Assembly (NCBI GenBank): GCA_963716195.1
Contig: OY970293.1
Span: forward strand, 792,462 to 856,461
From: an uncultured Solirubrobacterales bacterium
GTDB lineage: Bacteria; Actinomycetota; Thermoleophilia; Solirubrobacterales; JBBDJG01
DNA: 64,000 nt
Direction: 5' to 3'
Position numbers and translations under genes: made by a program. Each line of letters opens with the position of its first letter. The first letter of the stretch is position 1. Below the pieces are notes generated by a model. The model searched no databases. It worked only from the letters and a program-made list of their open reading frames with translations, and was not told the DNA's origin. Of this stretch, positions 9,029 through 18,632 are shown one piece after another.

Positions 9029-9418
9029 CTAATCCATCTTGACGTTCTCGATGGCCGTGGTCGGACGGTGGTCCGCCACGGTGCCGCCTTCTGGCTCGAG
9101 CGGCAGGCCCGCGTCCGCCCAGGCCTGGATGCCGCCGGCCATGTTGTAGGCGTCCATGCCGCTGGCGGCAAAGGCCTCGGTGGCGAGTGCCGACCGGCGC
9201 CCGATGCGGCAGTGGAAGACGATCGGCTTGTCACGGTCGATCTCCTCGGCGCGCGCGGCCAGGTGCTCGAGCTCGATGTGCAGCACACCGGCGATGTGGC
9301 CGGCCTCGTACTCATAGGGCTCGCGCACGTCGACGAGCTGTGCCTCGCCCGATTCGATCATCTCCGCCACGCGCTGCGGCGTCAGGTCACGTTCCGTCGC
9401 CTCGAAGGCCATACCCAA
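9029..9418 (-). CDS. rhodanese-like sulfurtransferase domain protein
   Basis: 129 aa with the active-site loop FHCRIGRRS and a rhodanese fold pattern. Confidence 0.85.
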   Translation of the reverse strand: MGMAFEATERDLTPQRVAEMIESGEAQLVDVREPYEYEAGHIAGVLHIELEHLAARAEEIDRDKPIVFHCRIGRRSALATEAFAASGMDAYNMAGGIQAWADAGLPLEPEGGTVADHRPTTAIENVKMD

Positions 9419-9437
9419 AAGCTACTAGAGGCCTCTA

Positions 9438-9998
9438 CTAGTCCAGAAAGCTGACGTATGCGTCCGGCGGCTCGCGCCCGGGAGGCTCGGCGGCCTGAGC
9501 CGCGTGGCCGAGGTGCAGCAGGCCGATGAAGCGCTCGTCCGGCTCGAAGCCGACCGCGTCCCGCCCCGCCTCCGTGGCAAGTACCCCGGGCGTGCGCCAG
9601 TAGCCGGCCAGGCCACGGGCCTGCGCCCCCAGCAGCACGATGTAGGCGGCGACGGCGGCGGCGTAGCGGTCCTCCTCGTCCTGGACCGGATCGCCCGTCT
9701 GCCGGGCCGAGCACACGACCAGGGTCGGCGCCCGGTCGAGCTTGGCGGCAGCCGCCTCGGCGACCTTCTCGCGTTCCGCGCCGGGGGGAGCGTCGGCGAC
9801 GGCCAGCTCGCCGGCCGCGCGCTTCAGGGCCGCGAGCGCCTCCGGTCCGAGCACGCGAAAGCGCCACGGGTTGGTGAGGTGGTGATTCGGCGCCCAGCGC
9901 GCGAGCTCGAGCAGCTCGAGCAGGGTCTCCCGGTCGACCGGCTCGCGCTCGAACGCCTTCACGGTGCGGCGGGTACGGATGGCTCTTTCAACGTCCAT
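9438..9998 (-). CDS. nitroreductase family protein
   Basis: 186 aa with N-terminal RRTVKAF and the WAPNHHLTNPWRF motif typical of the family. Confidence 0.85.
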   Translation of the reverse strand: MDVERAIRTRRTVKAFEREPVDRETLLELLELARWAPNHHLTNPWRFRVLGPEALAALKRAAGELAVADAPPGAEREKVAEAAAAKLDRAPTLVVCSARQTGDPVQDEEDRYAAAVAAYIVLLGAQARGLAGYWRTPGVLATEAGRDAVGFEPDERFIGLLHLGHAAQAAEPPGREPPDAYVSFLD

Positions 9999-10043
9999 GG
10001 CGTCACGGCAGGTTAGAGGCCGCGTCCCTGCGCAGGGCTATGC

Positions 10044-11099
10044 TTGCCTGCCGTGTCAGCGACGCAGCAGCAGGCGGAGAAGGGGGCTGGAGGCCCCCCA
10101 TCGACGCGCGAGCGAGTGTTCTCGGGGATGCGTCCAACCGGGCGTCTGCACATCGGCCACTGGTTCGGCGCTCTCAAGAACTGGGTCGCGCTTCAGGACT
10201 CCTACGACTGCATCTACTGCGTCGTCGACCTGCACGCGCTGACAACGGGGTACCGGGACGTGTCCCGCATTCACGAGGACGGGCTCGAGATGCTCGCGGA
10301 CTGGATCGGCGCGGGCGTGGATCCCGAGCGCTCGATCGTCTTCAGGCAATCCGAGATCGCCGAGCACTCGGAGCTGGCGCTGCTGCTCGGCATGGTGACG
10401 CCGAAGTCATGGCTCGAGCGGGTGCCGACGTACAAGGGTCAGATCGCGGAGCTCGGCGAGGAGATCGACACCTACGGCTTCTTCGGCTATCCGGTGCTCC
10501 AGACCGCCGACATCATCCTGTACCACGCGACCAAGGTCCCTGTCGGGCAGGACCAGCTCCCGCACCTGGAGCTCGCGCGCGAGATCGTGCGGCGGTTCAA
10601 CCACCTCTTCGGCGGCGGTGAAGGCGAGGAGATCTTTCCGGAGCCCGAGGCAGTGCTTACCGAAGCTCCCGTCCTGCTCGGCATCGACAATCGCAAGATG
10701 TCGAAGAGCTACGGCAACGCGATCGAGCTCGGCGCGCCGCCTGAGACGATCGCCGACATGGTCGGGCGCATGATTACCGACCCGCTCAAGCAACGGAAGG
10801 GCGATCCCGGCAGGCCCGAGGTCTGCAACGTGTTCAGCTACGAAAAGCTGTTCGGGACCCCCTCCGAGCGCGTGGCGGAGATCGATCGGACGTGCCGCAC
10901 CGGTGAGCTCGGTTGCCGCGAGCACAAGGACGAGATCACCGAGCGCATCGTCGAGTACCTGCGGCCCTTCCGCGAGCGGCGCGAGCAGGCGCTCGCCGAC
11001 CGCGGTCAGCTCGAAGCGATCCTCGCGCGCGGCGCCGAGCGCGCCCGCGAGATCGCCGTCCCGATCATGGAGCGAACGAAGAAGGCGATGGGGCTGTGA
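10044..11099 (+). CDS. trpS: tryptophan--tRNA ligase
   Basis: Class I HIGH-type motif (RLHIGHW) and KMSKS are present. The true start may be GTG 10116 (VFSGMRPTG). Confidence 0.93.
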   Translation: MPAVSATQQQAEKGAGGPPSTRERVFSGMRPTGRLHIGHWFGALKNWVALQDSYDCIYCVVDLHALTTGYRDVSRIHEDGLEMLADWIGAGVDPERSIVFRQSEIAEHSELALLLGMVTPKSWLERVPTYKGQIAELGEEIDTYGFFGYPVLQTADIILYHATKVPVGQDQLPHLELAREIVRRFNHLFGGGEGEEIFPEPEAVLTEAPVLLGIDNRKMSKSYGNAIELGAPPETIADMVGRMITDPLKQRKGDPGRPEVCNVFSYEKLFGTPSERVAEIDRTCRTGELGCREHKDEITERIVEYLRPFRERREQALADRGQLEAILARGAERAREIAVPIMERTKKAMGL

Positions 11100-11875
11100 T
11101 GGAGACGGAACCCCGACCCACGGTGGACCCGTCCGCCGGCATGCCGGCGGACGGCCTGTTCTCTGTGGACCTAGACGTGTTCGAGGGCCCGTTCGACCTG
11201 CTGATCACTCTGATCTTGAACGAAGAGATCGACCTGCTGGAGGTCCATCTCGCCGAGGTGGTGCTGGCCTATCTCGAGCGGCTAGAGCAGCGGGGCGAGC
11301 TCGATCTCGAGGCTGCGACCGAGTTCCTCGTGCTGATCGCCGCGCTGCTGGAGCTGAAGTCGCGCCTGATGCTGCCCGGCGAGGAGTCCGAGGGTCTCGA
11401 GATCGAGCCGCAAGAGGCCATCGAGGAGCTGCTGGCACGCATGCTGGAGTACAAGCGCTATCGGAGCGCCGCCGAGGCGCTGCGCGAGCTCTTCTCCGAG
11501 CAGAGCGGATACAGCTACCGATCCGCGCCGCTGCCGCCGGAGCTGCGCAGAGTGACGCTCGACGCGGCGCGCCAGAGCTACGACCCGGCGCTGCTGTCGG
11601 GTTCGATCGATGCACTGCTGCGAACTCCGCCTGCCGTCGACACGAGCCACCTGCACAGGATCACCGTGTCATTCGAGCGCCGGCTGCAGCACGTGCGCGA
11701 CCTCCTTGCCTCCCGGCGCCGCTTCTCCTTCGACGAGGCCGTCGCCGGTGAGGACAGGATGACCCAGGCCGTCACGCTGTTCGCTCTGCTCGAGCTGTAC
11801 AAGAGCGGTGAGTTGACCTGGAAGCAAACGGAGACGTTCGGAGAAATCGAGATCGAGGCGGTGCAACAGACATGA
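11099..11875 (+). CDS. scpA: segregation and condensation protein A
   Basis: ATG 11099 overlaps the trpS stop by 1 nt. FEGPFDLLITLILNEEIDLLEV is the ScpA signature. Followed by scpB. Confidence 0.9.
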   Translation: METEPRPTVDPSAGMPADGLFSVDLDVFEGPFDLLITLILNEEIDLLEVHLAEVVLAYLERLEQRGELDLEAATEFLVLIAALLELKSRLMLPGEESEGLEIEPQEAIEELLARMLEYKRYRSAAEALRELFSEQSGYSYRSAPLPPELRRVTLDAARQSYDPALLSGSIDALLRTPPAVDTSHLHRITVSFERRLQHVRDLLASRRRFSFDEAVAGEDRMTQAVTLFALLELYKSGELTWKQTETFGEIEIEAVQQT

Positions 11876-12441
11876 GCGAGCTTGCCCGGTTGTTGATGGC
11901 GACGCTTTTCTGCTCTCCCCAGCCGGTGTCGGCGGAGGAGCTGTCCGAGGCGCTCGTTTGCGCGACGGCCGAGCTCGATGAGGCGCTCGAGGAGGTGGAG
12001 CGGGAGCTGACCGGCGGACGGCTGGGAATCGTGCTCCGCAACGTCGCCGGCGGCTGGACGCTTGCCGCCGCGCCGGAGGCCGAGGCGGCCGTGCGGAAGC
12101 TGCTCGCCAAGCCACGCACGCCGCCCCTGTCGCAGGCGCAGGCCGAGTGCCTGGCCGTGACGGCTTACCTGCGGCGCATATCGAGGCCGGAAATTGCGCG
12201 GATTCGTGGCGTCAGCTCCGATTCGGCGATGGCTACACTCGAGGAACGGGGCCTGATCGAGGAATGTGGACGCTCGCGGTTCGGTGCAATTCAGTACCGC
12301 ACGACGCCGCTGTTCGAGAAGCTGTTCGGGCTCGAAAGCCTCGACGCGCTGCCGGATCTGAGCGGCTTCGAGCCGGATGCCGAAGAGGCTCAGGAGCTGC
12401 GCGACAAGCTGCTGAAAGCCGGGGAACAGCGGGCTGCTTAG
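11872..12441 (+). CDS. scpB: segregation and condensation protein B
   Basis: 189 aa with an ATGA overlap with scpA. Two winged-helix ScpB-like halves (ALLFCS-type N-terminus). Confidence 0.9.
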   Translation: MSELARLLMATLFCSPQPVSAEELSEALVCATAELDEALEEVERELTGGRLGIVLRNVAGGWTLAAAPEAEAAVRKLLAKPRTPPLSQAQAECLAVTAYLRRISRPEIARIRGVSSDSAMATLEERGLIEECGRSRFGAIQYRTTPLFEKLFGLESLDALPDLSGFEPDAEEAQELRDKLLKAGEQRAA

Positions 12442-12455
12442 CTAGCTAGGACCAT

Positions 12456-12472
12456 ACCCGCGGGGCGCGGGT
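12456..12472 (+). terminator. GC-rich hairpin after scpB (7-bp stem ACCCGCG/CGCGGGT, 3-nt loop)
   Basis: Read directly from the sequence, 15 nt after the scpB stop. There is no U-tract, so terminator function is uncertain. Confidence 0.2.
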
Positions 12473-12562
12473 CCTGTCGGGGGCGGGCGCTGCCGCAAAG
12501 TGGACCCTCGGTGCTCGTAGTAGCGGGACAATGCGGGCTCATTCGACCAAAAGGGGGCCGCG

Positions 12563-13390
12563 TTGGACACGACGAACCTGAACGGGAAGACCGTGCTCGT
12601 TACCGGGGCTGGGAGCGGGATCGGGCGGGAGACTGCGCTCTTGGCCGCGCGGCGTGGCGCGGATCTCGTGATCTGTGACGTGAACGAGGGCGCGCTTGTC
12701 GAGGTCAGGGCACAGGCGGCCGACCTTGGACGCAATGTGCTCGCCCGGCGCGTGGACGTCTCGAATCGCGAGGAGATGCGCTCGCTTGCCGAAGCGGTGC
12801 ACGCCGATGGCGGCGCGGTCGACCTGCTCGTCAACAACGCCGGTGTCGGCCTGGTCGGCGGGTTGCTCGACACCGAGCTCGAGGACTGGGACTGGATCGT
12901 CGGGATCAACCTGATGGGGGTCGTCAACGGCTGCCACTTCTTCCTGCCGAAGATGATCGAGCGCGGCATGGGCGGACACGTCGCGAACGTGTCGTCGATG
13001 GCGGGCTTCCACGCGAGTCCGGCGCTCGTCGCCTACACGACCACGAAGTTCGCGGTGCTGGGCCTGAGCGAGGCGCTGCGCGAGGAGCTTCGACCGCACG
13101 GCATCGGCGTCACAGCCATCTGCCCCGGGATCATCAACACGCCGATCACGACCAACGCACGGGCGCGCGGCGCCGCGGCTGATCCCAAGGTGCGCGAGCG
13201 AGCGGTCGCTTTCTACAAGCGGCGCAACTACGGACCAGACCGCGTCGCGGAGAACATCCTCAAGGCCGTGCAGCGCAACCGCACCGTGGCGCCGGTCGCT
13301 CCCGAGGCGTGGCTGTCCTACGCGATCAAGCGGATCTCGCCCCGGCTCGCCGGTTGGGTTGCGCGGCGAGCGGCCGCGGGAGCGACCTAG
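12563..13390 (+). CDS. SDR family oxidoreductase
   Basis: TGAGSGIGRE Rossmann motif, NNAG, and a catalytic YxxxK (YTTTK). Confidence 0.85.
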   Translation: MDTTNLNGKTVLVTGAGSGIGRETALLAARRGADLVICDVNEGALVEVRAQAADLGRNVLARRVDVSNREEMRSLAEAVHADGGAVDLLVNNAGVGLVGGLLDTELEDWDWIVGINLMGVVNGCHFFLPKMIERGMGGHVANVSSMAGFHASPALVAYTTTKFAVLGLSEALREELRPHGIGVTAICPGIINTPITTNARARGAAADPKVRERAVAFYKRRNYGPDRVAENILKAVQRNRTVAPVAPEAWLSYAIKRISPRLAGWVARRAAAGAT

Positions 13391-13392
13391 CC

Positions 13393-13908
13393 TTACTTGC
13401 CGGCGACCGAGGAGACGTATTCGGCGACGTCCTCCGCCTCCTTGCCGGTAACGATGTTCGCCGGCATGGTGCCGCTTCCGAGCCCACCCTTCTCGATCGC
13501 GCTGAGTACGAGGGACTTGTTGGGCTTCACGTCGTCCAGGTTGGGGCCGACCTGCCCGTTGGTGCCGGCGTCAGAGAGCGTGTGGCAGGTACCGCAGTTC
13601 TGCGTAAAGATCAGCTTGCCCTCGGCGGATGCGGTCCCACCGCCTCCACCTCCACCAGATTCGCCACCGCCGCCGGTCGCACCTTCGCCGGTCGCTCCGC
13701 CCTCGGAGGGAGCCGCCTCGGCGGAACCGCCACCACCGCCACCGCCGGTCGACTCCTTGTTGTCGTCGATGACGAGAGCGGGGATGCCGAGGCCGAACAC
13801 GACGATGATGGCGCCGATCACCAGCCAGGAGCTCGGGACCCGGCGCAGGAGGATGCCGCCGACGAAGACGGCGACCCCGATCAGAAGAAGTACCCAGATG
13901 GTGTCCAA
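13393..13908 (-). CDS. membrane-anchored c-type cytochrome with Gly-rich linker
   Basis: CGTCH haem-binding motif and a distal Met (GTMPAN). N-terminal hydrophobic segments. TTG 13908 was chosen as start because further extension overlaps the divergent rluB. Confidence 0.7.
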   Translation of the reverse strand: MDTIWVLLLIGVAVFVGGILLRRVPSSWLVIGAIIVVFGLGIPALVIDDNKESTGGGGGGGSAEAAPSEGGATGEGATGGGGESGGGGGGGTASAEGKLIFTQNCGTCHTLSDAGTNGQVGPNLDDVKPNKSLVLSAIEKGGLGSGTMPANIVTGKEAEDVAEYVSSVAGK

Positions 13909-13971
13909 GGGGCGCGGATTATATGTGGGAGGCCAGCGGCGAACGCCGGGCCGGGCTCTTACCTTTGTCGC

Positions 13972-14679
13972 ATGCGACTCGCGCGCTACCTGGCTCACTG
14001 CGGCGTGGCCTCGCGGCGGCGGGCGGAGGAGATCGTGGGGGCGGGCCGGGTGGTCGTGGACGGCGAGCTCATGACCGACCCGGCTCGCGACGTCACCGAC
14101 CGCAGCGTGGTGACCGTCGACGGCCTGAGGGTGCGCCCCGAGGCCCACGAGGCCTACGCCCTCAACAAGCCGGTGGGCGTGGTCTCGACTGCCGACGACC
14201 CGCAGGGAAGGCGGAAGGTGGTGGACCTCGTGCCCTCCGCGGCGCGGCTCTACCCGGTTGGCCGTCTCGATGCCGATACGAGCGGGCTGATCCTGCTCAC
14301 GAACGACGGCGAGCTCGCGAACCGGCTCACGCACCCGAGCTTCGAGGTGGAGAAGGCATACCGCGCGCGCGTCATGGGGCAGGTGTCACAGCGCGACCTC
14401 GAGCGGCTGCGCGCGGGCGTCGAGCTGGAGGATGGGCCGACCGCTCCCGCTGAGGCGCGCATCATCGAGCCGGGACCGCGATCGACCGTGCTCGAGCTCG
14501 TGATCCACGAGGGGCGCAAGCGTCAGGTGCGGCGCATGTGCGAGGCCGTCGGTCATCCGGTGAACGCGCTCGAGCGAGTGCGGTTCGGCCCGCTCGAGCT
14601 CGGCGATCTCGCCCCGGGCCAGTGGCGTGCCCTCGGGGCCGCCGAACTGGAGGCGCTGCGCGCCGCGGGCGCCGGGTGA
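13972..14679 (+). CDS. rluB: pseudouridine synthase, RsuA/RluB family
   Basis: ATG 13972 gives MRLARYLAHCGVASRR (S4 domain). Catalytic motif is GRLDADTSGLILLTNDG. The track ORF 13309.. is over-extended. Confidence 0.88.
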   Translation: MRLARYLAHCGVASRRRAEEIVGAGRVVVDGELMTDPARDVTDRSVVTVDGLRVRPEAHEAYALNKPVGVVSTADDPQGRRKVVDLVPSAARLYPVGRLDADTSGLILLTNDGELANRLTHPSFEVEKAYRARVMGQVSQRDLERLRAGVELEDGPTAPAEARIIEPGPRSTVLELVIHEGRKRQVRRMCEAVGHPVNALERVRFGPLELGDLAPGQWRALGAAELEALRAAGAG

Positions 14680-14694
14680 CAGAATCCCGCGGTC

Positions 14695-15078
14695 GTGCCC
14701 GAAGCCTCCGACACCCGTCTGCACGCTCTGCGCGGCGCTGTCTCGGTCGAACGCAACGACGCCGACGCGATCCTGTCGGCGACTCGCGAGCTGCTGACCG
14801 AGCTGATCCAGCGCAACGACCTCGAGTCGGATCAGATGGTCAGCTGCATCTTCACCGCCACCAGCGATCTCGACGCGGAGTTTCCGGCTGTAGCTGCGCG
14901 TGACCTCGGCCTCAACCGGGTGCCGCTTCTGTGCGCGCGCGAGATCGACGTCCCCGGTGCGCTGGCGCGCGTCATCCGCGTGCTCCTCCACTACTACGCG
15001 GACAACGGCCACAAGCCGCAGCACGTCTACCTGCGGGAGGCGCGCGCGCTGCGCGCCGACCTCGAGGGCGCACAGTAG
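14695..15078 (+). CDS. aroH: chorismate mutase, AroH class
   Basis: 127 aa. LRGAVSVERND through SCIFTATSDLDAEFPA is colinear with monofunctional AroH-type mutases. Confidence 0.85.
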   Translation: MPEASDTRLHALRGAVSVERNDADAILSATRELLTELIQRNDLESDQMVSCIFTATSDLDAEFPAVAARDLGLNRVPLLCAREIDVPGALARVIRVLLHYYADNGHKPQHVYLREARALRADLEGAQ

Positions 15079-15106
15079 CCTCAGCATTAGGGGGTAGGGT
15101 TTTCCC

Positions 15107-16198
15107 ATGGTCACGTTCGCCGAGAAGCTCGCCCGCATCCCGCACTACGACTCGGGTACGAACAGCGTGGCCGGCGCGAAGGCGAAGGTGTTCGGCGAAG
15201 TCGCGCAGATGGCCTCCAACGAGTCTCCGTACCCGCCGGTGCCGGAGGTGGTCGAGGCGGTTCAGCGCGCGGCGGAAGGGATCAACCGGTACCCCGACCC
15301 GGGCGCCGGCGTACTGCGCAGAGCACTAGCCGATCACTACGACTACCCGCTGGAGCGCATAGCCGTCGGCAACGGCTCGTGCGAGATCCTCCTCGCCGCC
15401 GCGGCGGCGCTGCTCGAACCGGAGTCGAACGTGGTGTACGCGTGGCCGTCCTTCTCGATGTATCCGCACCTGGCGGCGATCACCGGCGCGGAGGAAATCA
15501 GGGTCCCGCTGGCGCCCGGGTACGTGCACGATCTCGACGCGCTGCGCTTCGCGATCACCGACGACACCCGCATGCTGCTCGTCTGCAACCCCAACAACCC
15601 GACCGGGACGCACCTGCCGGCGGATGCGATCGCGAGCTTCCTCGAGAAGGTCCCCGCGCGCGTGCTGGTCGTCCTCGACGAGGCATACGTCGAGTTCCAG
15701 CTCGTCGAGGATCCACACGAGAGCCTCGACCTGCTGAAGCGCTTCCCGAACCTGGTCCTGCTGCGGACGTTCTCGAAGGTCTACGGGCTCGCCGGGCTGC
15801 GCGTCGGCTATGCGCTCGGGTCAGAGGACTTCCGCCTGGCGGTGGACCGCGTGCGCCAGCCGTTCTCCGTCAACCAGCTCGCACAGGCGGCAGCGACCGA
15901 GGCGATCCGCCACCAGGACGACGTCGCCCGCCGCGTGGAGCGCAACGCCACCGAGCGGCTGTGGCTGGCGGAGCAGCTGTCCGAGCTCGGCCTGGAGGCG
16001 CCCGACAGCCAGGCCAACTTCCTCTGGCTGCCCCTGCCCGAGGACGCCGACGAGGCCGACGTCACGAGCGGTCTGCACGCCCGGGCCGTCGCCGTGCGGG
16101 GCGGCGCCGGCATCGGCGGCCCAGGCCATCTGCGCATCACGTACGGCACGCGGCCGGAGAACCAGCGCCTGATCGACGCGCTGCGCGAGCTACTCTAG
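15107..16198 (+). CDS. hisC: histidinol-phosphate/aromatic aminotransferase
   Basis: Class II aminotransferase with PLP-lysine motif TFSKVYGLAGLRVGY and NPNNPTG. Confidence 0.88.
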   Translation: MVTFAEKLARIPHYDSGTNSVAGAKAKVFGEVAQMASNESPYPPVPEVVEAVQRAAEGINRYPDPGAGVLRRALADHYDYPLERIAVGNGSCEILLAAAAALLEPESNVVYAWPSFSMYPHLAAITGAEEIRVPLAPGYVHDLDALRFAITDDTRMLLVCNPNNPTGTHLPADAIASFLEKVPARVLVVLDEAYVEFQLVEDPHESLDLLKRFPNLVLLRTFSKVYGLAGLRVGYALGSEDFRLAVDRVRQPFSVNQLAQAAATEAIRHQDDVARRVERNATERLWLAEQLSELGLEAPDSQANFLWLPLPEDADEADVTSGLHARAVAVRGGAGIGGPGHLRITYGTRPENQRLIDALRELL

Positions 16199-16494
16199 AC
16201 CCGGCTGGCCTTTCCTTTTTTCCAGCAAGCTGCTAGAAGTTGCGCCAGGCATGGCGCAGACTTCTCTGCCAACCGCTTCTCGACACGGCCGCGACGCGGC
16301 CTCGCGTTGGCGCGCCTCTTCCTATCTCTGGCGATTTAGCTAGGCACTCGGCCATAGCCTCGCTGGACCATTCCTTCGGGTCGGGTGCCGGAACTCATGA
16401 GCCCCTCGCGGCGGGCGCATAGAGCCGCGCTGAGGAAAGAACAGGATCGAACCGACAGAGGTAGAACAAAGGCGATGAGGAACAGGAGCAATCC

Positions 16495-17520
16495 ATGATG
16501 ATCGTGATGAAAGAGGGCGCGACCCGGGAGCAGGTCGACGCCGTCGTGGACCGCGTGGAGTCGGTAGGGGCTCACGCCCACGTATCGGAAGGGGAGGTGC
16601 TCACGGTGGTCGGCGCGATCGGCGACCGCGAGCGGATCGCGAACCTCGACCTGGTCGGCGCTCCGGGAGTGGATCGGGTCGTCCCGATCAGCAAGCCGTA
16701 CAAGCTCGCTTCGAAGCAGTTCAAGCACGGGGAGTCCACCATCGTCGAGGTGGACGGGCGAAGAGTCGGCGGCTCGAGCTTCTCGATGATCGCCGGGCCC
16801 TGCACGGTCGAGAGCCGCGAGCAGCTCTTCGCGACCGCTGAGGCGGTCAAGGATGCCGGCGGCTCGATGCTGCGCGGCGGTGCGTACAAGCCGCGCACGT
16901 CTCCGTACAGCTTCCAGGGTCTCGGCGACGAAGGCCTGCGTCTGCTCCAGGAGGCCAAGGAGGAGACCGGGCTGCCGATCGTCACCGAGCTGATGGACCC
17001 ACGCGATCTCGAGCCGGTGCTCGAGGTGGCTGACGTCATCCAGGTCGGTGCGCGCAACATGCAGAATTACTCACTGCTCGCCGAGATCGGTCGCTCGGGC
17101 CGCCCGGTGCTCCTGAAGCGCGGCCTCGCGGCCCAGGTCGAGGAGCTTCTGATGGCGGCCGAATACATCCTCAAGGAGGGCAACGATCAGGTGATGCTGT
17201 GCGAGCGTGGCATCCGCACGTTCGAGACGGCCACCCGCTTCACCCTCGACATCATGGCCATCCCGGTCCTGAAGGAGCTGTCGCACCTGCCGGTGGTGGT
17301 CGACCCCAGTCACGCAGCGGGTAGGCGCGACCTCGTGCTGCCGCTTTCGCTCGCGGCCGCGGCCGCCGGCGCGGACGGGATCATCGTCGAGGTACACCAC
17401 GACCCCGACGCCGCCATCTGCGACGGTCCGCAGGCGGTGCCGGCGGCGGACTTCGCCGACTACGTCGAGCAGGTGCGCAGCGTGTCGGAGATCGTGGGCA
17501 AGGAGCTGTCAGCGGCCTGA
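16495..17520 (+). CDS. 3-deoxy-7-phosphoheptulonate (DAHP) synthase, type I-beta, with N-terminal ferredoxin-like regulatory domain
   Basis: GPCTVES and [11 protein letters not shown] motifs. About 70 aa of N-terminal extension resembles the Thermotoga-type regulated enzymes. Confidence 0.9.
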   Translation: MMIVMKEGATREQVDAVVDRVESVGAHAHVSEGEVLTVVGAIGDRERIANLDLVGAPGVDRVVPISKPYKLASKQFKHGESTIVEVDGRRVGGSSFSMIAGPCTVESREQLFATAEAVKDAGGSMLRGGAYKPRTSPYSFQGLGDEGLRLLQEAKEETGLPIVTELMDPRDLEPVLEVADVIQVGARNMQNYSLLAEIGRSGRPVLLKRGLAAQVEELLMAAEYILKEGNDQVMLCERGIRTFETATRFTLDIMAIPVLKELSHLPVVVDPSHAAGRRDLVLPLSLAAAAAGADGIIVEVHHDPDAAICDGPQAVPAADFADYVEQVRSVSEIVGKELSAA

Positions 17521-17528
17521 ACGTCGGG

Positions 17529-18632
17529 TTGATCGGCGTCGGCCTGATCGGAGGCTCGATCGGCCTGGCCGCGCGTGAGCGCCTGGACGGTGCGAGGGTG
17601 CGAGGCTTCGACCCGAGCGCGCAGTCGCTCCAGCGTGCGCTCGAGCGCGGGGCGATCGACGAGCCCTGTGCGAGCGCGGAGGAGGCGGCCGCCGGCGCGG
17701 ACGTCTGCTTCGTGTGCTGCCCGGTCGGAGTCCTCGGTGACGCGGTACGGAGTGCCCTTGCCGCGGGCGGCGACGTGGCGGTCACGGACGTCGGCTCGGC
17801 GAAGCATGCTGTGCTGGCGGCGGTCGCGGGCGCAGACCTCCCCGAGCAGGATGCGACGCGCTTCGTCGGCGGTCACCCGCTGGCCGGGGCCGAGGCGGCG
17901 GGAGTCGACCACGCTCGCTCCGATCTGTTCGATGGCGCGGTCTGGTACCTGACACCCACGGAACGCACTTCCGGCATCCATTACGACCGCCTCTACCGCG
18001 CGATCTCCTCGCTCGGTGCACGACCGTCCGCGATCGGGGCGGAGACCCACGACCGGCTGATGGCGGCGGTCAGCCACGTCCCGCACGTGCTGGCGAACGT
18101 GCTCGTCTCGCAGGCAGCACGAGCGCTGCTCGAGGAGGAACAGCGCCTGCCCGCGACCGGGCCGAGCTTCCGCGACGCGACGCGTGTGGCCGGCGCGAAC
18201 CCTGCCCTCTGGCGCGACATCTTGGTCACCAACCGTGAGGCGATCGAAGCCGAGCTGGACGCCTGCATCGCGGCGCTCGAGAGCGTGCGCGAGGACCTGC
18301 GCGCGGGGCGCAGCGAGCAGGTCGAGCGCTGGATCGAGTCGGCGCGCGGCGATCGCCAGCGCCTGCTCGAGACCGAGCTCACCGGCGGACCGGTCGGCGA
18401 GATCCGCATCTCGGTCCCGAACCGGCCGGGAATCGTGGCGCAGGTGGCGCTGGCGCTCGGCGACGCCGGCCTGAACATCGTCGACATGGCGCTCTACCCG
18501 GCCGCGGACATGCGCTCGGGCGCGATCGCGCTCTGGGTGAGCGGCGAGCGGGAGACCGAGCGCGCACTGGACCTGGTGGCGAAGCTCGGCTATCCGGCCG
18601 CCGTCGTCGAGAACGGTGGCGAGGACCACTGA
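17529..18632 (+). CDS. tyrA: prephenate dehydrogenase with C-terminal ACT domain
   Basis: GVGLIGGSIG dinucleotide-binding fold and a conserved SHxPH region (AVSHVPHV). TTG start. Confidence 0.88.
   Translation: MIGVGLIGGSIGLAARERLDGARVRGFDPSAQSLQRALERGAIDEPCASAEEAAAGADVCFVCCPVGVLGDAVRSALAAGGDVAVTDVGSAKHAVLAAVAGADLPEQDATRFVGGHPLAGAEAAGVDHARSDLFDGAVWYLTPTERTSGIHYDRLYRAISSLGARPSAIGAETHDRLMAAVSHVPHVLANVLVSQAARALLEEEQRLPATGPSFRDATRVAGANPALWRDILVTNREAIEAELDACIAALESVREDLRAGRSEQVERWIESARGDRQRLLETELTGGPVGEIRISVPNRPGIVAQVALALGDAGLNIVDMALYPAADMRSGAIALWVSGERETERALDLVAKLGYPAAVVENGGEDH

Noticed and set aside
9999-10043. T-box leader for trpS, and SAM riboswitch for metK (25500-25555)
   Set aside because: The trpS leader is only 45 nt (at most about 115 nt if the GTG 10116 start is used), shorter than a typical T-box leader, and contains no T-box sequence. 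metK has no leader at all because its start overlaps the upstream gene.
13620-13760. Short GC-rich tandem repeats that could be mistaken for a repeat array
   Set aside because: They are in frame within the cytochrome c gene and encode a Gly-rich linker. There is no spacer-repeat periodicity.
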